The translations under genes were made by a program, and so were the position numbers. Positions 34,401 through 46,685 of a DNA stretch of 64,000 nt are shown piece after piece; the stretch's first letter is position 1; the number at the start of each line of letters is the position of its first letter. The notes under the pieces were generated by a model, which saw nothing but the letters and a program-made list of their open reading frames with translations, did not search any database and was not told where the DNA came from. The DNA is from Entomortierella parvispora E1425 (Eukaryota; Fungi; Mortierellomycota), in contig BQFW01000012.1 in NCBI GenBank assembly GCA_020891255.1, positions 310,001-374,000 of the forward strand, in the 5' to 3' direction.

Positions 34401-36558
34401 TGCTCAATTGTCATCCACGGAACATTCATCAGCAAGGGATGCGGTCCCTTGCGATAGGAACACTAAGCACAGTCTGGTATTCTACGTGTTATTATTGTGC
34501 GCGCGCCAAGGGCACTACGTTTCCTGCCGTGTCGGAAGGGGTGCATGAGGAAGGAGACAAGAAGAGGAATAGGCTGACAGACAAGTTCAGCAATACGGAT
34601 CGTCGTCCTGAAGCAGACAAAGAGGCAAGGCAAGAGCTTGGGTCCATGTTTGAGATGGTGGGACGGATGTTCTTTTAGTTTCTGTCCTCTCTTGCTCCTG
34701 CCTCCTTTGTGGTCAATCCGTCATCATCGATTGACACGTTTTGCGCTTCTTTTCCTCTTTTTCTCTCATTCGCACATTCTTTTTTTCTTTCACCTCTTCT
34801 TGGTGCCCTTCCTTTTCCTCCTGGTCTGTCCTTCACCCAAAAATACCTTGTTCTCCATTGTTACAATCCACATTGTTTCTCTCATCGACATTCCTGCGAC
34901 GTCTTTACCCGGCAATCCTTGTTGATCTCATAGCAGAGGTAATGTAGAAAGACACGCTATCATTTTCACCTCAGTGGCCGGCATCTGTCCATCCATCTAT
35001 CGCATCTAGAGCGCAATCAAAGGGCCACAGGTTCCCCTTCCCTGTCACTGCTGAGGGCATCTTTCCTCCCCCTCCTCCTCTTCACCACTTTCCTTCCCCT
35101 TCCCACAACAACACTCTTTCCTCGAGTCTCGCCCTTCATTCCGTCCCTCCGTGATTTTTTTTTTACCTTCTCTGGCTCTTTCTCTTTCTCTTTTTTTTCC
35201 CGCTCGATGCCGATTTTCTTTCCCTTTTCCTGAAATTGACTCCTTGTTTGAAATGTCGTTGACGACATCCGTTTTTCCGTTGCAATGACTTGCGAGAGAA
35301 TTTTTCACGTTTGTGGTCATGGTGCGGGAGTATTGGAGGAGAGGGATCAGGAGCGAGAGTGAGAGTGAGGGAGAGATAGAGTGCGCGAGAGAGAGGGGAG
35401 AGAGGACAGGGCAGGGCAAAAGTGCTAGGCCTTTCCAGCCCTTGGAGGGGGCCAAGTTGCATTGTTCCTGTTCCTGCTTTTGCTGGGTTGATCATTGTTT
35501 GTGTACATGTGTGTGTGTGAATGTGTAACTCGTGGGGTTTTCTCCAGCCAGAGAGAGAGAGCGCATTGTCCATCCCAAGTTTGATTGTTTGAGCTTGCAG
35601 GGATGGATGGTGCAACCATGCCTCGCGTCACCAAAGAAAAAAAAATGTCAACAAACAACAATACGGGTTGGGTTCTGCAATGAAGCGAACTTGGATCAAT
35701 GGGGATCGAGCCCATGTGCGTTGCCATTCCATGCATTACTGTTTCTTCCATTGAGCTCAATGGCCACCCACCCCCCTTCTTTTTCTGTTTTTTTTTTATC
35801 GCGTCCTTACTTTCGCTGTCATGCTACGACATGGACAGGGCGGGTCAGAGGGACAGAGAGAGAGTGAGAGTGAGAGAAAGAGAACGAGAGAGAGAGAGGG
35901 GACACACGGATCCCTTCTTCACTCCTCGATCGATCTTTGCTGCATTGTTGTTGTTGTTGTTGTTGTGTTGAGGTCCCGAGATGTTCTGTTCTGTCCTTGC
36001 CTCCAAGCCCTTGACAATTACTCCCCTTGACCAAAGGACATATTTGTTCCTGTGTCATATCGTTTGACTTGTCCCCCTGTGCTATCGTTGATACTGTGGA
36101 TGCTGCTGGTGCCGGTTCCGTTGGGACCCTCAATCCGTATCTGCTGGCTGTGGTTTGGATCGTGAAGAGACGAAGAAAGAGCCAGGAGAACCATCCTGCA
36201 GAATGACAGAAATGAGACGCATTGGACCATTGGTGGCAAACAACCTTCCATGATTTTGCATCGCATTTATGCGGGGATCCTCATCTTTTTTTGTTTGCAC
36301 TACACTTCGGCCCTTTTCTTTGCTTTTCTTTTTCTCTCCTTCTCTCTGTCTTATCACCCATTGACTCACAAAGTTCCGACCTCACTGACCCGCCTCTCTC
36401 TTGATTCCTTCGTTTCTTGCCTCTCACATACTTACACACACATTCTCTCTCTCTCGCTCTCTATCCCCACTCAACGCTCTTCTTCAGACTAGTCTCTCTT
36501 TTACTATCCACCAGATCAACTCTTTTTTTTTTTTTTTTTGGTTCCATCGTCGACAACC

Positions 36559-39500
36559 ATGACAACCTCTCGAACCGAGCACCCATACCAGGGCACTGTT
36601 CGCCCTGGCTACTCTCACCAGCACCCACAGCACTTTCATCACAATCACCAGCCACTCCATTTCCAAGAGAGGTCCCTACACCCAATGCACCCTCTGAATC
36701 CACCTACCCCGAATATGCACTCGCAGTTCATCAACAACAATGATACTGCCATGGATTCCATACAGCCTCTGGCCTGTCTGTCGGCTGCGGCGGTCGCCGT
36801 CGCTACAGGCGCTATCGTCCAGAACCAACCAAGGGACGACCATTGCCACAGAGTCATGGAGATTGATGATGACACCGAGTCCAACAGGGTCAGACTCCCC
36901 TCCATCAAAATGACAGAAGACAGCGATGGTCCTGGTGGTCAGGACAACAAAGAGAGGGATGGACGATCCCCGCAGTTTACGCATCAACGGGTCGCCACAA
37001 GTGCACGGTACTTTGGTGTGAGTACGGAAGGTGCGAGCCGTGCACCCGGATCGACAAAGACCATGATCATGACCACGCAAGAGCCTCACGACAACGAGCT
37101 CGGCAGCGGTCAAGGTGGTGAGGATGGCTCGACGCGATCAGCAGTAGTATGGGACAAGGCCCATGGGGAGTCTAATTCGAGGCAACAATTGCCACCAGTG
37201 CAAACACGACAGCACCACCACCCCCCTAGCAGCACGAATGTGCGGGCATCCAGGGATTCTTCCTCCTCGGCCCTGAATGGATCGTCATCGTCATTGTCCT
37301 CACCTCGCGGTAAGTTTTTTTTGTTTTTGTTTTTGTTATTGTATATATTTTCATCTATTCTTTCCATTGTCCAATCGCAATGGCTGCAGTGCACTAGAGA
37401 AACGCGAGAAAGGGCAGGGGGGATGTGGTATGTGCTGCAGTTCAGTCTGGGAACAAAGAGACACATTGGGACGAGTCTGCGTCTGCCTGTCTGCCTGTCT
37501 GCCAGAGTGCTTGTGTGCGTATGTGCATTGGCGCAGACAGTGCATGCATGTTGTGACAAAAGGGAAGGGAAGCAAGAAAAGAGAGTGCCCATCTTTAACA
37601 CGCACTGGCTGAGAAGGGAAGATCAAGGAAGAAAGAGAGAAAGGGAAGAAGAAGAAGAAAAAAAAAGAAAAAAAAAAAGGGAAGCGCGGGATTGTTTGTG
37701 TGATGGTTGCGCACAAACCAGACTTGCTGAACACAAGCACGTTTCCCTGCTCTGATTTTTGTTTTTATCTGCACCTCGCCACATTCTCTTTTTCACTCCA
37801 CCAAACACCACATGTCATGTCATGTCACTTTCAAAATACCTTCTCTCCACTGTCACTTGGCATTGGTTTCGTGTTTTTTTGAAGCTTGGACTTTATATCC
37901 TTTTTATTTTCATCGTGTGCAGTTCCTGCGCCTTCAAGTGGTTCAATGTTCTCCATAGAGGAAAGGAGAGGGCAAGATCTCTCTTTTTCCCTCTCCCTCT
38001 CTCATTTTTTTGTTCCTTCTTCTGGGCTGCATGCATTCACTTAGCAATTCGTTGCTTTGAAAGCCAAAGACGGAAGAAAGGAGCATCGGGCTTGTGAGCG
38101 TGCACAAGGGCGAGTAAAAAAAAAAAAAAAAAATTGGGAGCACAAGGGACCCCGAGAGCAGATGGGACGCGCGCGCGGCAGCCCAAAAAAACAGAACGCG
38201 GGTGCCAGAGTGAACACACGTAGGACACAGATTGGCAAAGACAGGCATCAAGAACGAGTATGAAGGAGAGAGTGAGGGCAGCAATTGCTTGGTGTAGGAT
38301 ACTGCTATGATAGGAGGAAAGAGAGTCAGAAAGGAAAGTGAGAGCGATCCACAGAGAGATAAAGATAGAGACAACAGCTGGCTGGAAGAGCGGGAAGGGG
38401 CAAAATAGACGAGGGAAACGGACACAACGTATAAAACTGACAAAACGGACAAATGAAGGTCTGAAGCAAAGAAAGGAAGGCAGGGAGGAAAGTAGGGAGA
38501 GAGAGAGAGAGAGACGGACAAGGGAGGTGGGGGGGACCAAGCGGAGGAGGGGAAGAAAAGGAACGGCTGCGAACAGACAATGTGGCAAAGCGGGTCGAAG
38601 GTGGCCAGAGCAGAGCACAGAGCAGAGCAGTGCAGAGGGGGGTGGGGGACGGGGGGCGGTGGGACGGGCGGATGGACGGGCGGATGGACGGACGGACGGA
38701 CGGGGACCGACCATGGCGCGGACACGTTTTGGCCGTCGTCCTTCTGTTTGTGTCAGTCTCGTTTGCTTTTCTTTTCACTCTTTCCTTCTCTTCTCTTTCT
38801 TCTTCCTCTTCTCGTTCTCTGCCATCCCTCTCCCTCTCTCTCTCTCTCTCTTTCTCTCCTCTCTTCCTCCATCCTCATCCACCTGTCGCGCACTCATTTC
38901 TCTCACCCCCTCTCCCCTCTCCTCTCCTGCTCCCCCTAGTCGACTCTCATTCATTCATTCTTTTTTTCTCTCTTTCTCTCTCTCTCTTTTATTTTGCGCG
39001 TTTACTCACGTTTTGTTTCTTTTTTGCTCTCTCCCTTCTTTCCCCTGTCGCATTCTTCCTTGTACCCCCACGCCGACCCACAGACGGTGACATGACCATA
39101 ACGGCTGGCCATGCCCACGAGGGCATCGGTGACCGCGACCACAGCGGTCATTCCTCCAGGAGGGGCTCCCTGACCATGGACCACATCACCACTCCCACGC
39201 CAAGTCCCCATGGTCACGCTCCCGACTACGCCTCGGCCCCTTCGGAGCCCGGTGACACCACCTCGACCGGCGGTGCAGTCCATCATCACCTGCCACAGTT
39301 GCCCCCCAAGCATCAACACCAGGGCGGCAATGGCCACAACCATCATCATCACTTTACGCCAGAGCATCAGCAGCATCAGCAGCAACCTCATCCTAGCAGC
39401 TACAAGACACACCCGTCCCAAGACCACCCCGCGTACTCGCAAGGTCAATACTCTGGATCCCAACACACACACAACACTCCTTCACCCCCGTTGCCATCTC

Positions 39501-41232
39501 CCGCCGATGGTTTCCATGCTCAAGACCCTTCCAACCCGTCCCACCAGTCGTACAGGAGCGACTCTCGACGTGGGTCAATAACGGATCCAGACTACCATGG
39601 ATCTGCAATGGCTGTGGATAGAAGACCCTCAAACGCAGGTACCATTGACGGCAGTCCTGGCTACTACGGCCCCAACACACCTGCCTCGATCGCAGAGAGG
39701 CGACACTATGCCGCGTCGTCGCCATCCTCGACTCCATCCTCCGCGACTTCAGAGCCCCACCCTCACCACCAGCACCATGGCCCTTACGCCCCGCACGCTC
39801 ATCCTTCAACATCTCCGATGCAACTCCGCCAGTCTGAGCAGTATGCCGGCGGCAGGCGAGAGTCCCTGCCCTCGATCCACAGCAGCGCGGGACCATTGGG
39901 CCAACTCTTGGCTCAGGAGCCACAGCGGCGGCATTCAATTGCTCACGCAGACCCCATGGGACCCTTGAAGCGCAAGATTTCAACGCCTTTATCTCAAATG
40001 CACTCCTCGAGCACAGCAGAGCACCCCGCGAAACGACGCGACTCTATCCCAGATGCTGCCCATCCCCATCACCACGGTCATCACGGACATCACCCTCACC
40101 ATCACCACCCATACCCTCCTCGGAGCTCATTCTCTGCACCTTCCAGTCCTCCACGACGGGGCTCTCTGGCTCCCCCCCCACCCGTCCCGACTCTGAATCT
40201 TCAGCCCGCAGCTGAGATCAAGTCTTCGCCCAATCATCATGGTGGACCTGCGCCTAGCAGCAGCGGATACGGTAGCAGCAACGGCAACAGTGGCATGAGC
40301 AGCAGCAGCATCAGTCATATCAACGGCAACATGGACCATGTCCGACCTCATTTCACCCAACACCAACCTCGGCGCCCTTCCCTCTTGTCGGACGCGAGTT
40401 TGTCAAGACGATCTTCAGTTGCGGATGTGTCTTCACAACACTACCCTCCTGCTCACTATCAATCATCCTCGTCCTCATCCTCACTCCAACAACAGCAAGA
40501 TTATGACAACAACATGAATATTGACTTGCAAAACATGAACTTGACCGGAGCACAGCAACATAACGGATCCGAAGGTGGGCATGGCTATGGAGGCTCAAAC
40601 CCAGCGGCGCCTGCGGGCTCAATTGGATCAAATGGGTCAATGTCGCATGCGCACCACTTGTACCCTGGATACCCAAGCTACGCCGATGGAGGGTCTCAAA
40701 AGGGGGACACACCTTATTCTCGGTCACCTGAACTTCGCGTTTCACACAAGTTGGCCGAACGGAAACGTCGTAAGGAGATGAAGGAGCTCTTTGATGAGCT
40801 GCGGGATTCTCTACCCGTGGACCGAAGTCTGAAGACCAGCAAATGGGAGATTCTTAGCAAAGGTAAAGCGGGAGAGGGGTTTTTTTTGTTTACGCGTTAG
40901 CAAATGAGGGGCTTGTGTTTGGCAGGAAGCGGATTGTTTCTTTTGTTTCAGGCCTTTTGGTGCGCTCGGCTTTGAACCTTTCTTGCGTGGATTTTGCCCA
41001 GAGCTTTTATCCATTGGACAGGCGTGGTGCAATCGGTGGTGGAAAGCAAAGCTTATGGTTCAATGACTAACTTGTTTGTTCCTTTTGTTGCCTTGCCTTT
41101 GAATGCGTCCTACCCTACCACTTTGCCCAAATAGCGGTCGACTTTATCTCGAGCATGAAGAACAGTCATGATGAGATGGCAAAGGAAGTGGACATGCTGC
41201 GACAAGAGTTGTCGAGACTTCAGAAGCGTTAG
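36559..41232 (+). CDS. bHLH transcription factor (group B, H-E-R basic region); exons 36559-37309, 39084-40862, 41135-41232
   Basis: [33 protein letters not shown]...SKWEILSK|AVDFISSM is a fungal bHLH domain. Phase-1 junctions are consistent across the 1,774-nt and 272-nt introns. Exon 1 linkage is less certain. Confidence 0.85.
38606..38710. repeat. Intronic simple repeats, (AGAGC)n and (GGAC/GGAT/GGGC)n
   Basis: agagcagagcacagagcagagcag, followed by ggacgggcggatggacgggcggatggacggacggacggacgg. Confidence 0.8.
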
Positions 41233-41643
41233 AGGGACGTTCTTTTGCTTGCAACAGGGAACAAAATGTAGAAAGCACCTCCCAAGTCAAGAACAAGGGA
41301 ACAAATTTCCTGTTCAGTGTTTTTTTTTGTCTTTTTTTGACCCAACCAAACTACAAACCACTATAATACCATCCACTGTCAAAAAAATAATAATAATCCT
41401 TCTCCCTCCTTGGAGTGTAACGCTCAAAGAGCTCAGGCTGTTGAATGATGTTTTGCAAAAAGAAAGAGAGGGAACGCCACAGAGAGAGCTTCGCCCATCG
41501 AGCAGTCACTTTTTTTTTTCTCAAGAGTTCAATGCATCATTTTGAGAGACATTTCCATCCTCTTTGTTTGCTCATTGTCCATCGCCAATTACGCGTCACC
41601 GATCGCCACTGTTGCATCCATCCACTACAACCAGGAATACAGA

Positions 41644-43623
41644 ATGTTTAGGAACAGGAGGAAATCTGTCGTCTCGATCGGAGACATTCCCTCTCTGAAT
41701 GAAGACTATGATGAAATGGCCCAATCTTTGAGAGGTACGCTCCGCAGGACAAGTCGAAAACAAAAGGGGCATGTCCTTTGTCAGCTGGTTCTTCCAACAA
41801 CCATGGCTTGGGTCTCGTCGGTGTATGAAAACAATATTCATTCATCCCTCATTCCTTCACCTCCCCTCCAACCCCTTAGATCCTCTATTCCCTGCGAATG
41901 AGCGCTGGAGCGACCGTATCTCTCTTTGGTAAAAGGACGATAAAACCCAAAAACGAGAAAGGAAAACACGGTCCACACGCGTCTAAAACCTTCCACTTGC
42001 TGCATTTTCTTCCGACTTTCTATTTTTCATCTTTTCAGGGCTGGCGATATGACTACTCTTCAGACCGACGCCATCGGTATGCATTAAGGACTTGAACAAA
42101 CGTTTCCACTTTTTGTTCACTGTTACCTGCTCTAGTTCCAAAGATTTTTATTTTATTTTTTATTTTTTAATGATTAGTAAACGCCGCCAATACATCTCTT
42201 CTAGGAGGCGGTGGAAGTAAGTGATTCAAAGAGAAAAGAGTCGGCATGTTGCGTGTATTCATGAATTCATAGACGGGGGTGAGGCGTCGGCCGCAGTCGA
42301 TAGATAATAACAAGGACGGACCCGATCCATCAAGGAGTGATTGCAATCGATTTTGAGCCAATATCCAAATATTCTTCCTTTTTTTTCTCCCTATCTAGTT
42401 GATGGCGCTATCCACAACGCAGCTGGAAGTCAACTCTTGCAGGAATGTCGAGGCTTGAAAGGCTGCGAGACGGGGGTTAGTCAACGCCCCAAGGAAAGCC
42501 GCTTTGAAGAAACGATACTGGTGATTGATAAGCAGCCCTCTTTGATATAATAGAAAGCCAAGATTACCAAAGGGTATAATCTTCCTGCAAAACGTAAGGA
42601 GTAAATCTGACTAGAGTCTGAGAAGATATTGGTTTGAAGCGCTGGACTGACTCGATTACCTCTGCTGATATATCATGTTTTATGTAGATGTGATCCACAC
42701 CGTTGGCCCTATTGGCGAGAAACCAGACGCATTGAAGAGCTGTTACAATAGTGTTCTGGACATAGTGCGAGACAACAAACTGTCTACGGTGGTAAGGAAG
42801 AATCGCCATTGCAGCCCTACCGATCTGATTGATATCTTGATTTGGTACGAGTGAAAGAGCCTCACTTTTAACGTTCATTTCACTTTTGCAATCCTTTTTG
42901 TCTTGATTTCCTTCAGGCATTCTGTTGTATTTCGACCGGTATTTACGGATACGACAATGGAAGAGCAGCGCGGGTGGCTCTGGAGACTGTCCGCAAGTGG
43001 CTGGACGAGAACCACGAGGACGCTATGAAGGTGAATACACTTCTACTTGCCTTTTTTTATTTTTTTATTTTTATTTTTTTGTCTTTTCCTGTTTTTTCTC
43101 TTGTCTCTCTATTTCAGTTGCAGGTCTAACATGGGATGATTTCGCGTTGTAATTTTAGATCGAAAGAATCATCTTTTGCGTGTTTCTATCCAAGGATGAT
43201 CAAATCTACAGAGAACTTCTGCCCCTTTACTTTCCAAAAGCGAAAATCACGTCCCGAAGTGAACAGGAAAAGCAGGAGGAATCAGAGTCGGTAGTCAATG
43301 CAGCCAAAGAGGATGCGAATAAACTGTCTTCAGCAAAGGCAGCGCCTCTTGAGACCCAGGCAGGGGATGGATCGGCTTCGACTACCGCAATTGCTGCAGC
43401 ATCCTCGAACCATGACAAAGCCCAAAGTGATCTCGACTCTCAAGGGAGTGGTGCTCCAGGGCATGCCCTGGAAAAGACGGTTCGCCGGTCTATCAGTGAG
43501 GAAAGCCTGGACAAAAGAAAAGCAGAGGATGATATTGTGAAGACAGATACACCCAACAAGAAACCAGGCGGCAGCAAGAGGAACTCGACTGACTTTGAGA
43601 ATGAAGGTGACACGAAGCCATAG
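41644..43623 (+). CDS. MACROD: MacroD-type macrodomain protein (O-acetyl-ADP-ribose deacetylase / mono-ADP-ribosyl hydrolase), about 9 exons
   Basis: Small exons (including 42039-42076, 42178-42216, 42399-42475, 42554-42594, 42688-42791, 42917-43030, 43159-43623) splice to [76 protein letters not shown]...AFCCISTGIYGY...IERIIFCVF...IYRELLPLYFP. Confidence 0.93.
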
Positions 43624-44197
43624 GCCAAAGAGGACGCGGATTGCTGGTGACATGCAGCTATTGTGGATCAGAACTACAGAATTTTCATCCGCACTCGTAA
43701 TGCAACCTGTCCAATACACGATTCTATGAAGAGAACAACATATGGCACCTGATGCAAAAACAAAACTGTCAATGTGGTCTGGCCTCTTTTCTTCCCATGC
43801 CCTGTTTGTAATCCATCTGCTGCAAGGAAACGTCAATGAGCCAGGTCAACACTTTGACAAATGGACGGGTCTTCAATCTGGTGATAATATCTGGAACAAC
43901 AGGCTCATTGCCGCTCCTTCAGGCATCTTTTAGGTTCTGTTACTGGATTGAGGAAGAGAGTAAGGATAATAATAAAAATAAAAAAAAAGTGGCAAGAACG
44001 AGACTTCTTCACTTCTTGCGGCTGTGAAGGCTGTAATCGACGTCGAGACGGCGCCCCCAAAAATAGAACATCAATCGTGCGCACGGGGTCTGCAATGCAT
44101 TGCATGAGGATGAGCGCATCCTTCACATTCGCATTCAATCCTACTCTCTCCGTCATTCATTCTCTCCATCCATCCATCCCTCATTCCAATAAAGTCA

Positions 44198-46255
44198 ATG
44201 TTTTCCCACGTCCTCTCTCGTATGACATCGTCTCTCTTCCATTCGAATGGCCGGCCAAAGTCACCCCCTACAGAGACAACACCAACGACTGCGACTCTGC
44301 TCAAAAGCGCAAGTCCAGGTTTGGGTCTTGCAGAGATCCTGCAACGGATCAGTCAGCATCTTTCCCAAGAGGATCTCTTGCGGTGCATGCTGGTCTCCCG
44401 GACGTTTTATTACGCCTTTGGACAACAACTATGGACTCAGGTCACAATCGAATTGAGAACCTCTGAAAGTCGAGCATGGAGTAGAGGCCCCCGGGGGAGC
44501 CGAAGAAGGGGCTATCGTTCACAGAGCCATCCTGGTCAATGGATTGACGAAAGGACGTGCGATCCAATGGACCAGTATGTGGCCAAGATGGCGCTGTTCT
44601 TGGATCAACTCGTCAAGAACATCCATCACGTCCGAGAATTAAGGATTTATTATGGAAACTCGATTCATGATCCATCTTTGGTCCCGGACAAAACTCGTAC
44701 AGCTGGCCAGATAGTGGAGGATGAAAACGCATTTGCAAGCGATGATGACGATCACGAAGAAGATGACCCAGTACATGAGGACGGGATTGAGGATGGGGAA
44801 CAAGCAGCTCATCTTACAACGTCGTCACAGATCCTGGGCAAGATCAAGGATGTTCTTCGAATGAACGGTCTGGAGCGGCTACGACATTTGTCCTTGATTG
44901 GAGATTCACGCCAGATTTCGGGGCGGGCCATCCCTCTAGAACTACTCGTCGAGCTAGGGCTGTTTATACCAACAAGCACGAAGGCTCAACGTCCTGGACC
45001 CGATGTCGACTGCAATGGACATACGCTGAATGGCTATTCGAGCCGATTTAGGAACTTGCAGAGTCTAGACATCATCCTAGTCGAGAACATGTCGCAGGTC
45101 TTCCAAGTGGAGGATGTACTTCGTGCCTGTCCGCTACTGGAGAATCTCAGGATTGACCGTGCTATTGGTCCGCTGTTTGAGATCGATCACAACGATGCAT
45201 CAGAGCCAGAGATTCACAGCAGCAAGTTGAAGCGTCTATCGTTTGGAGGGATGCGCTGGCCCAACAAGGAGTTCTTGGAGCTGGCACGACGATGCCCTCA
45301 CCTGATGTCGCTCACGCTGGTGGGGCATGTCCGATCTCCATGGACATGGACCTCTGAAACGGTGGACGAACTAGTGAAGTGCTGTCCAGACTTGGTCGAG
45401 ATCCACATCAATCCAGGATACCGCTCTGCGTTTCAAGAGGAGCTATCTACGCGGCTACTGGAGGGGCTCCCGTGTCTTCGAGTCTTTAAAATCCCAGGCG
45501 GCAACTTTGGCGAAAGAACGTTCGAAGCTCTGATGAGAGTGATGACAACAGCAACTTCGACTCAGGATGCAAGTGGATCTGGACCTGTGCAACAACACAG
45601 GCTGATCAGTCAGCTGGAAGAGCTGGATTTGTCATCTACGAGGAAACCAGGACTGAGCAATGAGATGTTGGTCCAGCTCATGAGCTACGCGTTCAACTTG
45701 CGGATTCTGAATGCGTCAGGCGTCTCTCTCAGTCCTCGTCAGTTTGTTATTGCAGAGCCTGAACCTGTTCAAGGTATAAAAGGAACCGGTGACGACAGGA
45801 AGACGGTTGACCTCAACCCATTGCCACGGCCACCTCAAGGATGGAGGTGTCACAAGCTGGAAGAGATCTCTATTGGCTTTGCAATGGCTGATGTGACGTT
45901 TCGCGGGTGCAACAATATCTATGCAACTCTTGGTCAGCTACTCGAGTTGCGTCAGATTCATATCCTACCCAACCATTTGCCACTCACCTTGGAAGAGGGC
46001 CTGGGACAGCTGGCGACATTGAAACACCTGAGGCATCTGGACATCCATGGGGTATCTAATGTGGGACGGTACACAGACCCTGCTTCTGGAAAAAAGGCTA
46101 TCACAGAGGAAGTGATCCAATGGATGGTCCAGGCCTGGCCAAAGCTCGAGTCCTTGCGATTGTACCTGGACCCACCTAAGCGGCAGTCCCTTGCCGAAGT
46201 TCGACAGTGGCTGGTTCAAGCGGGTCGTGGAGACGTTAGAATATACGTGGACTAA
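44198..46255 (+). CDS. F-box/LRR (RNI-like) protein, single exon, 685 aa
   Basis: LAEILQRISQHLSQEDLLRCMLVSRTFYYAFGQQLW F-box; CPLLENLRI, CPHLMSLTL, CPDLVEIHI, WRCHKLEEISI and AWPKLESL repeats. Confidence 0.85.
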   Translation: MFSHVLSRMTSSLFHSNGRPKSPPTETTPTTATLLKSASPGLGLAEILQRISQHLSQEDLLRCMLVSRTFYYAFGQQLWTQVTIELRTSESRAWSRGPRGSRRRGYRSQSHPGQWIDERTCDPMDQYVAKMALFLDQLVKNIHHVRELRIYYGNSIHDPSLVPDKTRTAGQIVEDENAFASDDDDHEEDDPVHEDGIEDGEQAAHLTTSSQILGKIKDVLRMNGLERLRHLSLIGDSRQISGRAIPLELLVELGLFIPTSTKAQRPGPDVDCNGHTLNGYSSRFRNLQSLDIILVENMSQVFQVEDVLRACPLLENLRIDRAIGPLFEIDHNDASEPEIHSSKLKRLSFGGMRWPNKEFLELARRCPHLMSLTLVGHVRSPWTWTSETVDELVKCCPDLVEIHINPGYRSAFQEELSTRLLEGLPCLRVFKIPGGNFGERTFEALMRVMTTATSTQDASGSGPVQQHRLISQLEELDLSSTRKPGLSNEMLVQLMSYAFNLRILNASGVSLSPRQFVIAEPEPVQGIKGTGDDRKTVDLNPLPRPPQGWRCHKLEEISIGFAMADVTFRGCNNIYATLGQLLELRQIHILPNHLPLTLEEGLGQLATLKHLRHLDIHGVSNVGRYTDPASGKKAITEEVIQWMVQAWPKLESLRLYLDPPKRQSLAEVRQWLVQAGRGDVRIYVD

Positions 46256-46685
46256 TAAAGAATTAGTTCAGAGTGAGGACGGATATTTGAATGGTGGACT
46301 GACAACGGAGAGGCAAGAGGTTTCTCTTTTGACGCGTTGCTACCATGTCGGGCCAGGTTATTGACTGGGGTCATCGGGCAAAACAGAAATGGATTTTCTT
46401 AGACTCGTAAGTCTAAGAAGATCCTATGAGGATCTACTTCGCAAATCTTTCACCAATCAACTGACAATTTCATGAAGATGGATTACATACACGGCGTTGG
46501 AAGAAACAGTCTGGCCTTTTGCAAAACATGGGCGAAGAATCTAAAACTATAGGTCTATGGGAGTTGACTCTTGCTTATTAAGGATCTCACAAACGTTCTT
46601 GCAGACCATGCAAGGGTCAAAGAAAAAAGATATTCGAGATGTATTTTTGGTCACCAAAAAAAAAAAGGGAGGACAATCCCACTAT

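Noticed and set aside
31600-38780. Many 60-260 aa ORFs rich in Phe/Leu/Ser or Lys/Arg/Glu
   Set aside because: Translations of GA/CT microsatellites and A/T homopolymers in intergenic or intronic DNA, with no domain signal.
38582-39083. N-terminal part of the 772-aa ORF 38582-40900
   Set aside because: It is low-complexity intron sequence read through in frame; the CAG acceptor at 39083 joins exon 1 in the correct phase.
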